From positions 27,714,001-27,778,000 of the forward strand of contig NC_087441.1 of assembly GCF_036321535.1 (NCBI RefSeq): DNA of 64,000 bases, read 5' to 3'. The translations under genes and the position numbers were made by a program. The stretch comes from Camelus dromedarius (lineage: Eukaryota). The notes beneath the pieces are model-generated. The model had not been told where the DNA came from. It did not search any database and saw only the letters and a program-made list of their open reading frames with translations. This document shows positions 50,166 through 64,000 of this stretch, piece after piece (the first letter of the stretch is position 1; each line of letters opens with the position of its first letter).

Positions 50166-53100
50166 TAGTTCCCGGGGAAAAATAAGCATGAGTACTCTTT
50201 CATAAACATTTATGTCAGGTTACATATGGGACAGGAGGTAAGATACACTTCTTTGTGTGAGTCATACTCCACAAAGCTAGAAAAACACTGATCTAAAAGT
50301 CCACTCTGTTAAATTAATTTGTTTAGTCTGATAGAAACAAACCCCTGTTCTTGGTGGAAAGTGGGGGGAGTCCAACACACAAAATATCAAGTGGCCCAGC
50401 CATTTTCATTTTGATATTGTTGGGTTATATTTGCCAGTAATAGAGTGACTAAAAAAATGGAAGAGGTTGTATGTAGGAGTTATATTATGTTATTTAGCTG
50501 TGTATGAGCCAATGGTTTCACAAGAGTGGCTCAGGGTCTATTATTTCATTGTGTAAAATCAGGTATTTTGTGCCAAATGTACCCCTTCCAAGAAGGAAGC
50601 ATTAAGATATAAATCACAGATTCAGTGACATTGTAGCAAGCCTGTATTGTTGAAACACTGCTGCAGAGATACAGTTAGAGAATTAAAAAATGAACAAAAA
50701 CAAATCAATTCTTCTTCCTCTTCTGCTTCTCTTCATGAATGGGTTTGATATAATATAACAGTACAGCTTCTTAAAATTAGCTTCAACAGATTTGTGTTAA
50801 CTATATCAAACAGATGAAGGGGATTCCTGACGAAGTGGTTAAATCAATTGCATAAACATCCTTGGTAACTAATGAAAACAGTCCAAGAGTATAGGGACCT
50901 GATTCTTTCACCTTTCCCAGCTCCGGGGAATTAAAGTCTTGCATAACATGGGTTTCCTTCCATCTTCTCCACTCCAACAGAAGTTTTCTTTGTAAGACTC
51001 CTGCAAGTAGCATACCGATGGGGCTAAAGGAATGACTTTTTAAAAATCTGCTCTGTTTTTTCCCCAGATTTTTTCAAATATATTAACTTTGGTTTCAGCT
51101 CATCTTTCCCACAGAAAAAGCAGGGGGGGGGATGTGCTTGTTTTCCTCTGGCCTGGGTTGTGATGTTTTCCTTCAGTACAGAGAGAAGCTGAGAGGGCAT
51201 GTGTCTGGGTCACAAAGACAGATCCCAGCTGTGTTTTTCAATGTGCAGGTAGGTGGTCTTCGTCTTCTTGGCAGAACACAGTAGTCATATAATAAAAATG
51301 AGGCCAGGGACAAAGTACCTTTGTCAACCTTCCATCAATGACAACAGTCCCTCCACTCCTAGTATGGTTGTTCTTTTCAACATTGCAAACCTTCAGAAAA
51401 CCCCAAACCCTACAGAGTAAGGAATTCCAGGTGAGTCCCTCCTTGAAAAAACGACAACAACAAATGAAAAAATTTCTTTAAGACACGCACAGACCACATC
51501 AGTGATCCTGAGCCACATCTGAGTTGCAGAAGTATCACGTGAACAACACGAGAACCACATCAGTGACCCGTAGCTGTGGTGTACAGGCTGTTGAGAGAAT
51601 CACATGGTAGCCACACAAAACATATATAAAACACCAGAACTACACAAGCGAGGCTGTATTAAGCAACTGATAAGGAGTAAAATTCTGCCAATCATTCCAT
51701 TCATAGGAAGGAAGCCATAAGAACCTTGTGATCAATTAAATTAGGTATGCCATACACTTCTGGAAATCTTTTACATGAGTTATGTATGTAGAGATCTCTG
51801 ATTATGCAAATTGTGGCCTATAAACTATTAGTGGTTTAATGAAGGCACTCAGCAGTCTTAACTAGTCCCAGTTTATTAATTTATTTGTATGATGTTTCTT
51901 TCATCCTGTTTACTTCAGCTCCATTTCCATGCATTATTTATATATATATGGCAAAAAGAAGCAAATAAAACCAGATAGTGAATTCTCAGTTGCTTAGGCA
52001 TTATATGCATAAATGTTCATTAAAGGCTACAACTGAACTGAGTTGGAATCTGGGATGTAAATATAAAAAGAAATGGCTCCTCTCTAAAGTTTAGGGTGGG
52101 AAGGCAGACTGAAAGATGACACAAATGACATTTTAAGGTGCTTATATAAGGGAATGCCTAACTCACATAGTTCTTGTGGATGCTTCTCCAACCTGGCTGA
52201 ATAGGCATACAAGCAGAGTAGAGGTTTCTGAGTTAAATAACTCCAAGAACACAAAATATTATCTGCTATTTTGAATTGTAGGGTCACTATTCAAATACAG
52301 CTTGGTTACCGGACATTACTACTACTATCTGTATCTTCACATGGTATTTTAACTTGCACAGTATACGGTGATTTTAATCATTTTATGAGGAAACTTTCTA
52401 ACAACAATGATTCAGATTTAAGTACGACCTAGATGTTTTAAATACTACTACTTCTACTTGCACTGGTTTCTTAAGTGGCAGTTTCGTCCTACATGTCATG
52501 GCAGGAATAAAACGAAGTCAATGAAGAATTGGTTATGAGTTCAATCTTTGGCAACCGAATTAGTTGTCTTCTCTTCCGAAGCCACTGAAAGCAGCCTTGC
52601 TCCAGCCATTCCTTTCATAAACGTAGGTCCTTCACCCTACAGGAGACTGGACAGGGAGTCAAGATAGAGTTCCATCACCAGTGCTGAGTAGACCTCTGAA
52701 ATCCTAGGACTCGGACACAGAGGGTTCTAAATAAGGACATTTTCATTTTGTTTCATTGATTATCAACAGTCAAATGAGTCAAAGATCCTGAACCGAAAAC
52801 ACAAGGGCAGGATATGCCTACATAATTTGTAACGGAAGAAACAACTTTAAGTATCAGGCAAAAATGCAAGCAATACATAAATCTCTGAGAATCTTAGTGA
52901 TTAGAGAGAAGATGGAGTTTTGCTCTGCCTCCACGTAATATGTGATTGATATTTTTATTGTTTGGTGCTTTGTCCGGTGTGTTTCTCAAAGGTTGCAGTG
53001 ATAAGCTTCTTTTAATGGGGGATTCCACAATCTGAGGCATCTCATCAATAGGAAGTTTATCCCAGTGTGGTTCTGATGTTTTTAACCAGACATTTTTGAG

Positions 53101-54269
53101 GTCTTGGTGCAGTCCAACTATTTCCGTGTGCACCACATGAATTTTATGGGAGTCACTCCATTTATTTTTATTTAGGGAGGAACCTGTCAGGAATTTCTTT
53201 TACCACAGAGCAGACACTTTTTGTGATTACTATTTGTTCTTTGTAGAATAGTGATGGAGTTTTTGATGTGTGAGAGGTCCAACAGAGCTGAGAATTTAAA
53301 GGTCACAAAAGAGAATGTAGGGGTTTATAGGGAAGAGAAAACAGTTTCTAGCTTGACAAAATGAAAAATGAAAATTATGAGTTTGGGTCTCATGATTCAT
53401 TACTATTTACACAGATACTTCAGTTATTTTAACTCTATTGCCTGGCAAATTTGTTTAAAAATGAATCAATTCACTGAAAAATTATTCATATTGGTGATTT
53501 AATCCCTCAGAGATAAAGGTCATTTGGTTGAAATTCTTTTATCACTTTTCTATTATTTGTTTTGACATTTTAGAGATAAGAATTAATCTAGAGTGATGAG
53601 GCGAAGTCGAGCCTAAATGGAAAACATCCTAATTGAATTTTGATTAGGTTATTAAACATAGAGGCTAAAATACAAAGATGCAAGGGCAGGAAATATTATT
53701 GATAGCTCTCAGTTCAGAAGTACTGGAATAGTATAGAGGATGTCATATTACTTGTAATTAATCCTGAGGGGAAAATGGCAAGGGAAAAGGAGAAGTTAAA
53801 ATTTTCTTTTATCAGGATTGTCTCTGATCTCACATAACTTCTGCTCTCATCATAGTCATCTCCTCACAGACCTGCAAATGTTGTATTTATTTCTCTTTAT
53901 CTCTGTTTTTTTGTTTTCTCTGTCAAAAATGCTTTCCTTCTCCTCTCTGTTTGTCAATCTCTAACCCACTCTTCAAGTCCTCATCCTTCATAATACCTTT
54001 CCTCAATCACTTCTGCTATAAGCCAGAATTCTCCAAAACAGAAGAATTAAAGTATTTGTTTATCTTAAGACTTCAACAGATTGCAAGTGTTTTGTAAACC
54101 AGGGCTTTGGTTATCTCACCATAAACTAGCTCACTATTCCAAGAGGCATTCAAAAGAGACTGATGTGATAAAAATACAAGGAGAGATAATAAAACAAAGG
54201 AGAAGATGAAGAGTTGCAAGGTGCTGGCAGTGAATAAAGAAACTAAATCTGTAGATCAAGTGAAAATGT

Positions 54270-54610
54270 AGCTTAAAAAAGACAGTAACACAGCATGCCC
54301 AGCAAACAAAAAATTATGAGACATGCAAAGGGAACTGGAAGATGTAACACAAAATCAAAAGAATTAGTCAATAAAAGAAGACTCACAGATATCATAGCTG
54401 TTGGAATCACCAGACAAGGACCTCAAAATAACTGACAAATATGTTAAAGACCTTTGTGGAAAAAGTAAACAACATGAATGAACAGATGATACATTTTATC
54501 AGAAAAAAGGAAACTACAAGAGGGAAATATGGAAATTATAGAACTGAAAGTATAATGTCAGAAATAAATTCATTTGACGAGTTTAACATAGACTGGACAC
54601 TGCTGAAAAA
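54270..54610 (+). mobile_element. Ancient L1 ORF1-region remnant
   Basis: ttatgagacatgcaaag...cagacaaggacctcaaaataact...ctgctgaaaaagaattagtgacttgaag. Confidence 0.7.
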
Positions 54611-57600
54611 GAATTAGTGACTTGAAGTGTTGAATGCATCAACAAAATAAGAGATAGCGTAATTGTTGCATGGGGAAAGGAAAATTCATGAGTAGATTTG
54701 TGAGTGATTCAGTAGAAAATTCTGCTGGTGGAAAATTTGTAAGAGTATATCTCTTCCCCAAAACTCTTTAAAAAAAAACAAAACAAAACTGTTCAGTCTC
54801 TAGTTTTATAAGCCTCAAATTCTCTATCCATAAGTTGAGAATAGTAAAATACATGTGTCATGGGGATGTTGTGAAAACTAAATAAAATAAAAGAACATGA
54901 AGAACAATATATAGTTTCTATCATGTCTTCAGATGGAGAAGGATGTCCTCATTATATATTGTCCCCCATACCACTTTTATTTACCATCATTCAAGGAAAT
55001 CCTAAAATTATCTCAAAAAACACCCCTGGGACAGTATTACTCTCCTCCTTACAGGGGGGAAAAACTCATCTAATCCACCCATCAACCGAACAAAAACTCA
55101 TTAGTAAAAGCAAAGTCTGAGGCTTCCATTTTGCTTTTCAAAGATTTTGGTTTGTTCGTTTGTTTTGCTCTTAATTTTGAAAAATCTGCTGATCTTATCT
55201 AAATTCTAAAAAAATATAAAATTATTTAGACATGTGTAACTTATGAGTAGTTGTTTGCAATCCATTTGTAAACTTATCTCCACGTATGTAACTATTTCCA
55301 GCTATGCATTAGAGATGCTCATCCAAAAATCATTTACTGGGTTTCTTAAATATGAAAGGCAAGTTGTTAACGGTTACCCAAGATTTTGTGAAGTTTCTGA
55401 TTATTTTGGAAAGTGGAAAAGAAATGCAGAAAGAAAATGTAAATATTATGTTTACTATCTTAATAGGTCCCTAAAGTAATTCTCTGATGTTAGCAGGGCA
55501 GATGAAGTGATTTGGATTCTTAACACTCAGCCTAAACGAATTAATCCTTGATTTGTAATATTTGTGCTCTATTTCCATGAATGGAAGTTTTTTGTTGTTT
55601 TTCAGGGTCCTCTAAACCCTGATATTTTGAATTCCATGTTCTGGGCTTGGTCCTGGGAAGAGCTCTTTAATGGAGTTATTTCTATGGAATATCAGAGGTT
55701 CATTGTCATGAACTTCAAAGCAGATTTTAGCAGCTCCATTTCAGCCCCATTAAATGCCCTAAACTAAGGCAGTGGTCAACTACAGAAATATGAGCCTTTC
55801 CCTCTTTTCTTACTTCACCTCTGAGGAGAAAACAAAGCTTCATGTGATAATCTTTTTTTTTTGTTTTCTCCTAGAGATAAATTCTTTAGTCAGTTTCTTT
55901 GACCTCAATAAGGGAACATGAGTGGCTTGACAATGGGGAGTAAGGGAAACCAGTGTTGTTGCCAAGCACATGAAGCATCTGGCTTGTCCATGGACTTGTC
56001 CCTTAGTCCTTTGTGTAGGGCCATCTTGTTTGTTTGCTCCTCGAGTTCAGAAAGCCATTAAAAATGTTGTATAGTCAAGACATAGTGAAAACACAACCTT
56101 GAGGAAGGATTGATCTTTGGCATGAGAAACCAATTAAAACTTATTTTCAAAATCAATTTTATGCCTTACGCAAGTTATCTGTTGGCACTATAAGAATATT
56201 TCCTAATGGCTAAGAATTGACTGGGTCGAGGAGACATGATCAGTAGAACGAAGGCAACAGCGGGGAGATTTGCTAAGTGAAACTGTGCCAGAATGTTTCC
56301 TTGGTGTAACTGTACTCAAATAATTTTGCCTCTGATTCCCTGAAAGATCTCTTTTTCTTTTCTTTTCTTTGTCTCTTCCTACTTTGGCCTTTTTCCTCTA
56401 TATTTCTCTTGCTATCTAAAAGATTACTTCCTTGTTCCTTCTTTTTTTTCACTTAAAGAAGAAAGTGAACAACTCCTAAATCAGTTCTATGAAATCATTT
56501 TATTCCAGGTTCATTTTTGCCCCCTTGCAAGGAGTGAGAATACTGTATTTGATTAAGAGAGATACATATTGGGAAAAATCTGACCATCCTTGACTGCTGT
56601 TATTTGGGAATATTTCTTTTTTTTTTTTTTCCTGTGTCACTTAGAGGGCAAATCAAATCTTTTGGGAAGTAGTATATCTCCAATCATTGTACCTAGTTAT
56701 TTGCGACACAGAATTCATAAAGCATTCTGCCTCCTCTTCAAGGGAATTTTACTTTCTATGGGGTTCAGAAGTTTGAGTATCTGGGAGAAATTGAGAAATA
56801 AGTTAAATGTCAAATAAACATGTAAGAACATTAGCAGGTTATCCCTGCTCTGCTACCAACTATGTGACTCTGAACTTTTGAGGCTTTGCCTTTAAAGTAA
56901 GGATTTTGATTACATGTCTAAAGTCGCACTGAGTTCTAATGTATATAATTCTGAATATGGAGAGAGAGAATTTTAGAGGAAAAGGGCTTCAACTTATTAC
57001 ATGGTGCTTTTGTATTGTATTCTTTTCTAATTTGTGACATGTAACCTCTCTACTGTATCTCAGTTTTTCATCTTGGGAAAACCTAGAATAGTAACATTGA
57101 CTTCAGAGGGGTTTCCCTCCTGTATGTACTCGTCGATAATGTTTGAATAGTCTAACGTACAATTGACAGTCAAGACCTTAAAGGAAAAGAGAAAAGTAAA
57201 CTATGATGTAACAAGTAACATACATTACATTTTACGGTGTATGAGAAAGAAAAGTATCATCACCTTGGTCCAGTTCTTATACTGCACTTTTCTTTAATAG
57301 GAAATACTTAGTAAGGAATATGTTGTAGGAAAAAATTGAGCTATAACTGGGATGTCAGTGGATTGGAATTTTATTTCCTAAAGAACTCCCCAGAGAAAGC
57401 TCTGTGTAGGGGCTGCTGTGTACGGCAGAAGTTGTGATACCGTTCATCCCAGAGTGCCTTCTCAGGCTCAGACTGATAGAAGGGCTCTGAGGCAGGTCTT
57501 AGAAGAAAACATAAACCACTGCCAAAGGGTCGAGAAGACTCTTCAAAGCTCATATCTGAGAGAGACCAGGTTGAGCCCTTGGGAATATCTTTGACCTTTT

Positions 57601-58595
57601 TCTTGGTGACTCTGCAGGAAGGGTCAGATGTTTGTGGAAACATTTTCCACTTTCCAGATGACTCTAGGGACCCGACAAGTGACATAATAGGGAGGGTCAT
57701 CCTATTGTGTGTGTATGTGTGTTTCACCTTCTCCAATTTCCTACTCATTTCATAAAAATCCCTGCCCATTACATCTTTTGGGTCATTTGGCTTCATGCAC
57801 TGCCTTACATGACATCTGCATCTTGTAAAATTTTCCTGGTTGTATATTTTCAGTTTAAACATGTTCGTGACAGTTTTACTGTCACAAAATGACCTTGTTT
57901 GTGCTAGCATTTGCCAATTCGCAGATGTCTTATTTATAGGATACAAGAGGACATTTTTCTTCATTTAGAATACACAAATTGTGAGCCTTCACAGTCTTAA
58001 AATCCTCCTTATCCATAAAAGCTATGAGAATAACACCAATACAAGATTAATCAACCTTTGATTGGTCAAAATGGTCAAAACCCAGAACAGTGGGGTTTAG
58101 TGAATATTTAGAAAAGAAACTCTCACTGCCCAGATCTAATTCTAAATCCTCTATGTGTTTTAATAACTTAAGAGGCTAAATGGCTTGTGCAATGCATGTT
58201 GCCCTTGTTCTTTGCTGAGATATATGTATGTGACTGTTTTATTGGAACTGATTATCAAATAGTATGGCAGGCAAGGGGCTTCTTCTCAGTGGAGCAAGAG
58301 GTTAGTATTTAGCTGCATAATAAATGCATTTATTGATTCAGTAGGCCAGATTAGTTTATTGTCCACTACATTTATCAGGCACTGTTGGTTCTGAATGATA
58401 ATCAATTCAGACATGATCCTTGCTTTCTCTAATTTTAGACAAGAATAAATAGATAATAATCACACAATATGAAAACCGATATTATGAGGGAGTACTTAGA
58501 AGGGATGTCCAACCCAGACTATGGGATCAGAAAAGGCTTCCCCAAAGATGTGAAATCTATATGGAGGCCTAGAAAGTGAATAGATGGAAACCAAG

Positions 58596-58900
58596 TGTTC
58601 TCGTTATATACTGCTGCATAACAACTCCCAAACTTTGCCGCATAAAGTAACAATTTCATTATACATTATAATTTTATGGGTTAGGAGTTTGGAGAGGACT
58701 TGACTAGGAGATTCTTGTGCTCCCTGTGTTATGTTCCAAGCTCTGTCAACTGGAGCACTCCTTTTTACCACAATTGCTCAAGGTTCATGGGCTGTGCTCT
58801 TAGAGGCTAAGATGAAATCAGTAAGACTTTCTCCGATCAAGACTCATAGACAACACACAGCATCATTTCTTCAGCATTATATTGTTTCCAAATGGATCAT
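58596..58900 (-). mobile_element. MLT1 LTR fragment
   Basis: tatactgctgcataacaactcccaaactt...aaagtaacaatttcatta...atgggttaggagtttggagagg. Confidence 0.65.
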
Positions 58901-61282
58901 AGGAAGATACCAGGTCCAAGTAAAAGAGACACAAAGCTGTGAAAGAAGGGAAGCAAGGTCACCTGTGGAGACCAGCAATCTCAGCAAGTGAGGGGTAAAA
59001 GGGGGGAACATTCAAGCAAGGAGAACATGGCTTTTTTTTTTGTTTTTCAAAGAATTAGAGAACTTAGCTCTTCTACATTCTGTGGCAGGGAAATACATGA
59101 CATATGACTCCTTTTTCTCTTTATCTAATATGAATTATACTTGTCCTTTGGGAGCTACTATTTGTAAGATTTCTCTGACTATACCTAGTCATTTTTTCCT
59201 CCTAATTTTGCTCAGCTTTCCTGGAGGGAGGAAGACACCATGAAAGTCACTAGCTGTAATCTGTTGCCATTTGTCTCTTGTCCTAGTGGCTCAGAAATCT
59301 TTAACTATTTAAACCCAGTATATCAAGCCAAGCTTAACCTATAGAACAAACACTTTCTCTTATGACATGTGAGGACTGCACTCTCTGTATATGACACCCT
59401 TGCCAACATAATGAGCTAGTATTAACTGGTCTCTCATCATTCCATACTATGTTACTTCTTTATATAATACAAAGTCCTTTCCTAATTGGAGACAAGTTTC
59501 TAATCTTATCCATTTATTCTTCTGATTAACCTCATGTCTATTCCTGCTGGCACTCACAGCCAAGAGAAAACTGGACAAAGATCTGAGGAAGCTGACAGGG
59601 AGATATTCCAAACTGCACAATTTTTAAAAATAAGTCAAACCTAACTTGGAATAATTTATCTGAGGTCACCTACTTTTATTGCTAGTGAAAGCGAAGGCAG
59701 GATGTTGCCTTCATTTCTAATATTTTGAATATTTAATTTAGGTATAAAAATCCCCTTTGCCACAGAGTTTAGGGGCTTTAAGTAAGCAATTTCTAGGTTA
59801 CAAAATAAAACTATATCCAGTTTTGATTGGTGCCATAAATGGCCTAATCAAAAACAAAGGCAATTCTTTTTTCCCATTCTGGGTGGACCTCTGGTCTGAA
59901 CTGCTTACATGTTCAATCCATAGTTTATATGTGAAATAACTTCTCACCTGATATGCCAAGTATTTTTCTGTTGGACAATTCTTTAAAAACTTAAACAGAA
60001 TATCAGATTTGGGGCTTTATAGACCAGATTGACTCTCCTATGTTTCAAGTACTCAGCACAGTATTCCTGTGAAACTGTATTTGAACATAAGTTTCTTTTT
60101 ATCTAAGTAAAAGAAAAAACAAAAAAGCACTTGCAGTTCCTTCCTAAGGAGGCAATCCTATTTGTCAAAAAGCCTTTGGTGTGAAACTAAGGAGCAAGTG
60201 GAGAGAAGGGCCTTGGAAGCTTCCCAGTGGAGGAGAGACAGAAGAACGTCTTTGGAACCCAGCTACCTGATGTTCAAGTTGAAGATTGAATAGGCATGAG
60301 CTACCCTTCCCCCTCTTCCTTCCATTCCTCCTAATCTTAGACAACATTTACCATACACACACACCAGGGATGAATGGGTAATTTTTTGGAATTAAGAATA
60401 CATCTGGGTTTCATGTCTGGGCTGCCATTTTGCAGACTGGAGATATATCTCCATGTCGGAGCCCAGAGATGGAGATGGCTTTGGGCATGTGAGCTCTCTG
60501 GACATGTGTAGAAGTCTTAATGAGGTGGGAGATTCACCTGACACCTTTGTTAAATAAAAATGGAGGTGATAATACAAACTATATGAAACTTGTTAAAAAT
60601 GGTGACATTCTCAAAAAAGAAAGGTATTATTTTTATAATACAATTTCAATAGATATGTGATTTTTAATTCTTATCCTTAATCTATCTCTAATGGGTTTTT
60701 AAAAAGGAAAAGAAAAAGAAACAGAAAAAACTGAAGTCATTATGAAGAGTATCACATTTTTACAAAGAAAATACTAGGTATCTTCAAGAGACCCATTAGG
60801 AATTAGTCTCTTTATTTCGAAAGCAATATTTCCAATTTACTTTGATACAATATTCTTTTGGTTAGCTAAGAACAGCCCCAAACAGTGTCATCAATCTTTA
60901 GTATATATTAATGAGTATTATTTTTATTATTTTAAACTAAATGCCTAATATGAGAATAAAATCAAACCTTTTAATGTATTTCTCTGTAACAATGTGAGTA
61001 AGGTACCTGGACAAACCATGAAATTACACAGGAAAAAAATTTTTTTGCAGTAGCAGAGAAATAACTTCATGGAATTTTGGATAATACAGTGAAGCCATAT
61101 ATTCCAATGTATCTATTTTAAAATTACATATCTTCTATCCATTTATTTACTTGTCAAATTTGACAGACATGAATAGAAAGTTAACAGTAGTGTCTTGGTT
61201 AGAGTCACGTTTCACAACAATTAAGAAAATAAAATGCGTATTGTATTTTGATTTTAAAAATCATAATATTAGTACAATACAC

Positions 61283-61301
61283 TGACCACTAGATGGAGAC
61301 A
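61283..61301 (+). promoter_or_regulatory. CTCF-like motif (forward, one core mismatch)
   Basis: TGACCACTAGATGGAGACA against the core CCACTAGATGGC. Confidence 0.5.
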
Positions 61302-62120
61302 AGCCCTCCTAGCTTCACCCATGATCGTTTTCTTATTGTGAGTAGAAACCTGCAACAACGGAGTTAGGTTAATACAGTACTGGATGTTCAGAACCATAAC
61401 AACGTGTATTAGAGGGGTTCCTTTATCCTGACCATCACAGGTCTCAGGATCTGTTTAATCTGAAGAATGTGGCTTGTCTTTACACAAAAAATATTTTATC
61501 ATCACTGAGGGTAGTTCCAAACTAAATAATGATGACACTATAAAGGTCGGCCCTTTTTTTTTTTCTAAGTAATTTATCGATATCTTCAGAATTTACAGTT
61601 TTTGTTTTTTGAGGTTTTGTAACATTTTTTTCAATGAAACATCAGAAAAAGTTGTTCTATCACTGTGTTACTACTTAGTGTTCAAATTTCAAGCAAACTG
61701 CTTGCTTTGACATAAATATAAAGCAAATATTTAGAAAAAACTAACATGAAATCATGCTCAGGTCTTTAAGTGGTATTTCATCACATAACTAAAATAGATT
61801 TAATAATGTCCAAATTCTAGGCACTAAGTATCAGAATTTGTGCAGTCTATCCAATGGTCTTCAAATTTGCTCACATGGTTTTGTAAAACTACATACTCTC
61901 TCATATACTTTAAAGAAGACATCTACACTTTTTAATAAACTTTTAAGGAGTGAGATTTCCAGAGTATTATAAAAAAAGACATAAAATAAAAGTTTTAGGA
62001 CACTATTATATCACTCTTTTTAAGGGTCCCTGTTCTAGGCTACCATTTAATTCTGCTGTGACAGCCCGACTCCCACTACTCTGGTTCAACTCAAGCAGGA
62101 TAATGCCCTGTCTGACCACA

Positions 62121-62985
62121 CAGTTGTACCCCTTTATCCTCAGGGGATACGTTCCAAGACTCCCCATGGATGCCTGAAACCACAGGGATACTGAACCCTA
62201 TGTCTACTTTGTTTCTCTCTATACCTATGACAAAATTTAATTTATAAATTTATAAATTAGGCACAATAAGAGATTAACAACAATAACTAATAATAAATTA
62301 GAATAAGTATAATGATATATTCTGATAAAAGTTATGTGAACGTGGTCTCTCTGTCTCAAAATATGTTACTGTACAAGTTTAATGCCATTTCCATCTTAAC
62401 AAAGCTCTTACCATGCACAGTGGCAAGAACTTGCCATTTAAGGTGTGGCAGCAAAACTAGAATGAATTTATTTTTCCTTCTTCACAATTTCATGGATAGA
62501 AAACTTATTCTTACTGTCGAACTTAGCAACCTCAGCATATGGTTTTTTTTTTTCTTTCCTTATTAAGTCGAGAACTTTCACCTTTTCACTTAAAGGAGGC
62601 ACTTTACTTCTCTTTAGCGTATCTGAATTGCCAGCATCTCTACTCCTGTGCTTTGGGGCTGTCATTAAGTAAAATAAGGATGACTTGAACATTGCACTGC
62701 AATGGCGTGCAGTATCGTGACAGTGGCGCTGATAACCCAGGCAGCTACTAGGTGACTGATGGGCAGTATATGCTAGACAAAGAGGTGATTTGCATCCTGG
62801 GTGGGATGGAGAAGGATGACACAGATTTCATCATGCTACTCAGAATGGTGAGCAATTTGAAACCTAGGAACTGTTTCTTTCTAGAATTTTCCATTTAATA
62901 TTTTTGGACCATAGTTGACCCATGGATTGATCTGCTGGTAACTGAAATGACAGGAAACAAAACTGCAGATAAGGGAGGATTCCTG
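62121..62985 (-). mobile_element. MER44/Tigger7 non-autonomous DNA transposon with transposase N-terminal remnant
   Basis: TIRs cagttgtacccctttatc...gataagggaggattcctg plus TA; ORF 62468-62692 (-) MTAPKHRSRDAGNSD...PLSEKVKVLDLIRKEKK is the Tigger HTH N-terminus. Confidence 0.88.
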
Positions 62986-63914
62986 TAATGGGAAGTGCAC
63001 CAGTCTGAAATATCCCGCAATAATGATGTGCAAGTACTTCCTGTCGGGCCAATAAATGAACCATTGCAGTGAGAATTAAATTCTGATGCACTTCTCTGAC
63101 AGAGCAATCTTCCCACCTGCTGAGCATGGCTGGTCATAGGCCAAGTCAGGGACAGTTGTGTTTTTCAACAGATATTTTAGTCATTTGAGCCAGAATAACA
63201 TATCTAATTATTATAAGAGCTATAATTTATTGAAAGATCTCTATGATTGTGCAATTAAATATATTATTTCTAGTCTTCGTGTCACTCTAACCTGATGAGA
63301 TAGGTTATTTCCATCTGCTAATGAGAAATACGAAGTTGAAATATGTTGAGAAAGTTGCTTCAGGTCACGTAGCACAACAGCCACACAAAGAGCACAGGTA
63401 ACAATGTTCACTCCAAATAGTAACAATAACAATAATGACAGCAAGTAACATTTATTGAGCACTTGCTATTTATTGCTAAACTCTACAGCATCCCAACTGG
63501 TGAGCAGCAAGGATGGAGTTCCAAAAAGCCTAGTTCTTTGAATCATAACAGCAGCAAGGACATAACACTGGAAATCTTCTTGCTTAAAATCATACATCTT
63601 GAGAAACTTGGCTGTTTGAAATCATAGTAAAACTACAAGTTAAAAGCAAACCAGCTTTAGCCTGGAACCTATCAGAATGCCGGGTATGTTGAAGCAGCTC
63701 CTCTTGAATCTAGGAGCCAATCAGAACTGCCTCCTAATTTTGATAGAGTTCTTCAAAATCTTATGTGCTTGCCTAGAGTTGTATATAAGATCTTTTCAGG
63801 TTTTGTTTGGAAAGGTTGTATTTCTGAATGCAGATCTTCCTTAACTGACAAATTTTTAAAAATTGATTTTGTATTTTAGAATCGTACTATACCCTGAACC
63901 AAATATTGTTCTGA

Positions 63915-64000
63915 GCATTTTGGATGTCAATATATTTTAATCCTCATAACAACCTCGTGGACCATTTTGAGGAAATTGAGGCACAGAGAGGTTAATAAAC
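63915..64000 (-). mobile_element. MIR SINE (truncated by window end)
   Basis: ttttaatcctcataacaacc...ccattttgaggaaattgaggcacagagaggttaa. Confidence 0.85.

Noticed and set aside
57371-57964. 197-aa minus-strand ORF and a 70-codon plus frame (…ALRQVLEENINHCQRVEKTLQ…)
   Set aside because: No homology recognised, including to endogenous viral genes, and no convincing splice boundaries.
1-64000. CRISPR arrays, tRNA/rRNA/snRNA genes, processed pseudogenes, ERV internal genes
   Set aside because: None seen by eye; tRNAscan-SE, Infernal/Rfam and BLASTX would be the decisive checks.

Overview
This is eutherian mammalian genomic DNA, probably camelid. That assignment is an inference from recalled consensus: the young L1 3' ends at 1616, 24972 and 39550 look camelid/cetartiodactyl, and I saw no Alu, B1, BovB/Bov-A2, PRE-1 or SINEC elements. 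The window is AT-rich and dominated by old repeats (L1M, L2, MIR, MLT1, MLT2, ERV1 solo LTRs, Tigger1, MER44, MER5), with two N gaps. I recognise no protein-coding gene, tRNA, rRNA, snRNA or CRISPR array, and the supplied ORFs look like chance, GC-rich or repeat-derived frames. The non-repeat structure is regulatory: a CpG-island-like region at about 12.4-14.0 kb split by a solo LTR, smaller CpG patches at 3.3, 24.4 and 28.9 kb, three CTCF-like motifs and a strong G-quadruplex motif. The best lead is speculative: a minus-strand, phase-compatible three-exon small ORF (67 aa, 9415->3436) that starts just outside an MLT2 LTR and ends before an AATAAA. Nothing here demonstrates a new biological system. 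All exon calls are by-eye predictions that need RNA-seq and comparative alignment. Repeat boundaries are approximate and family names come from memory, not a database search.
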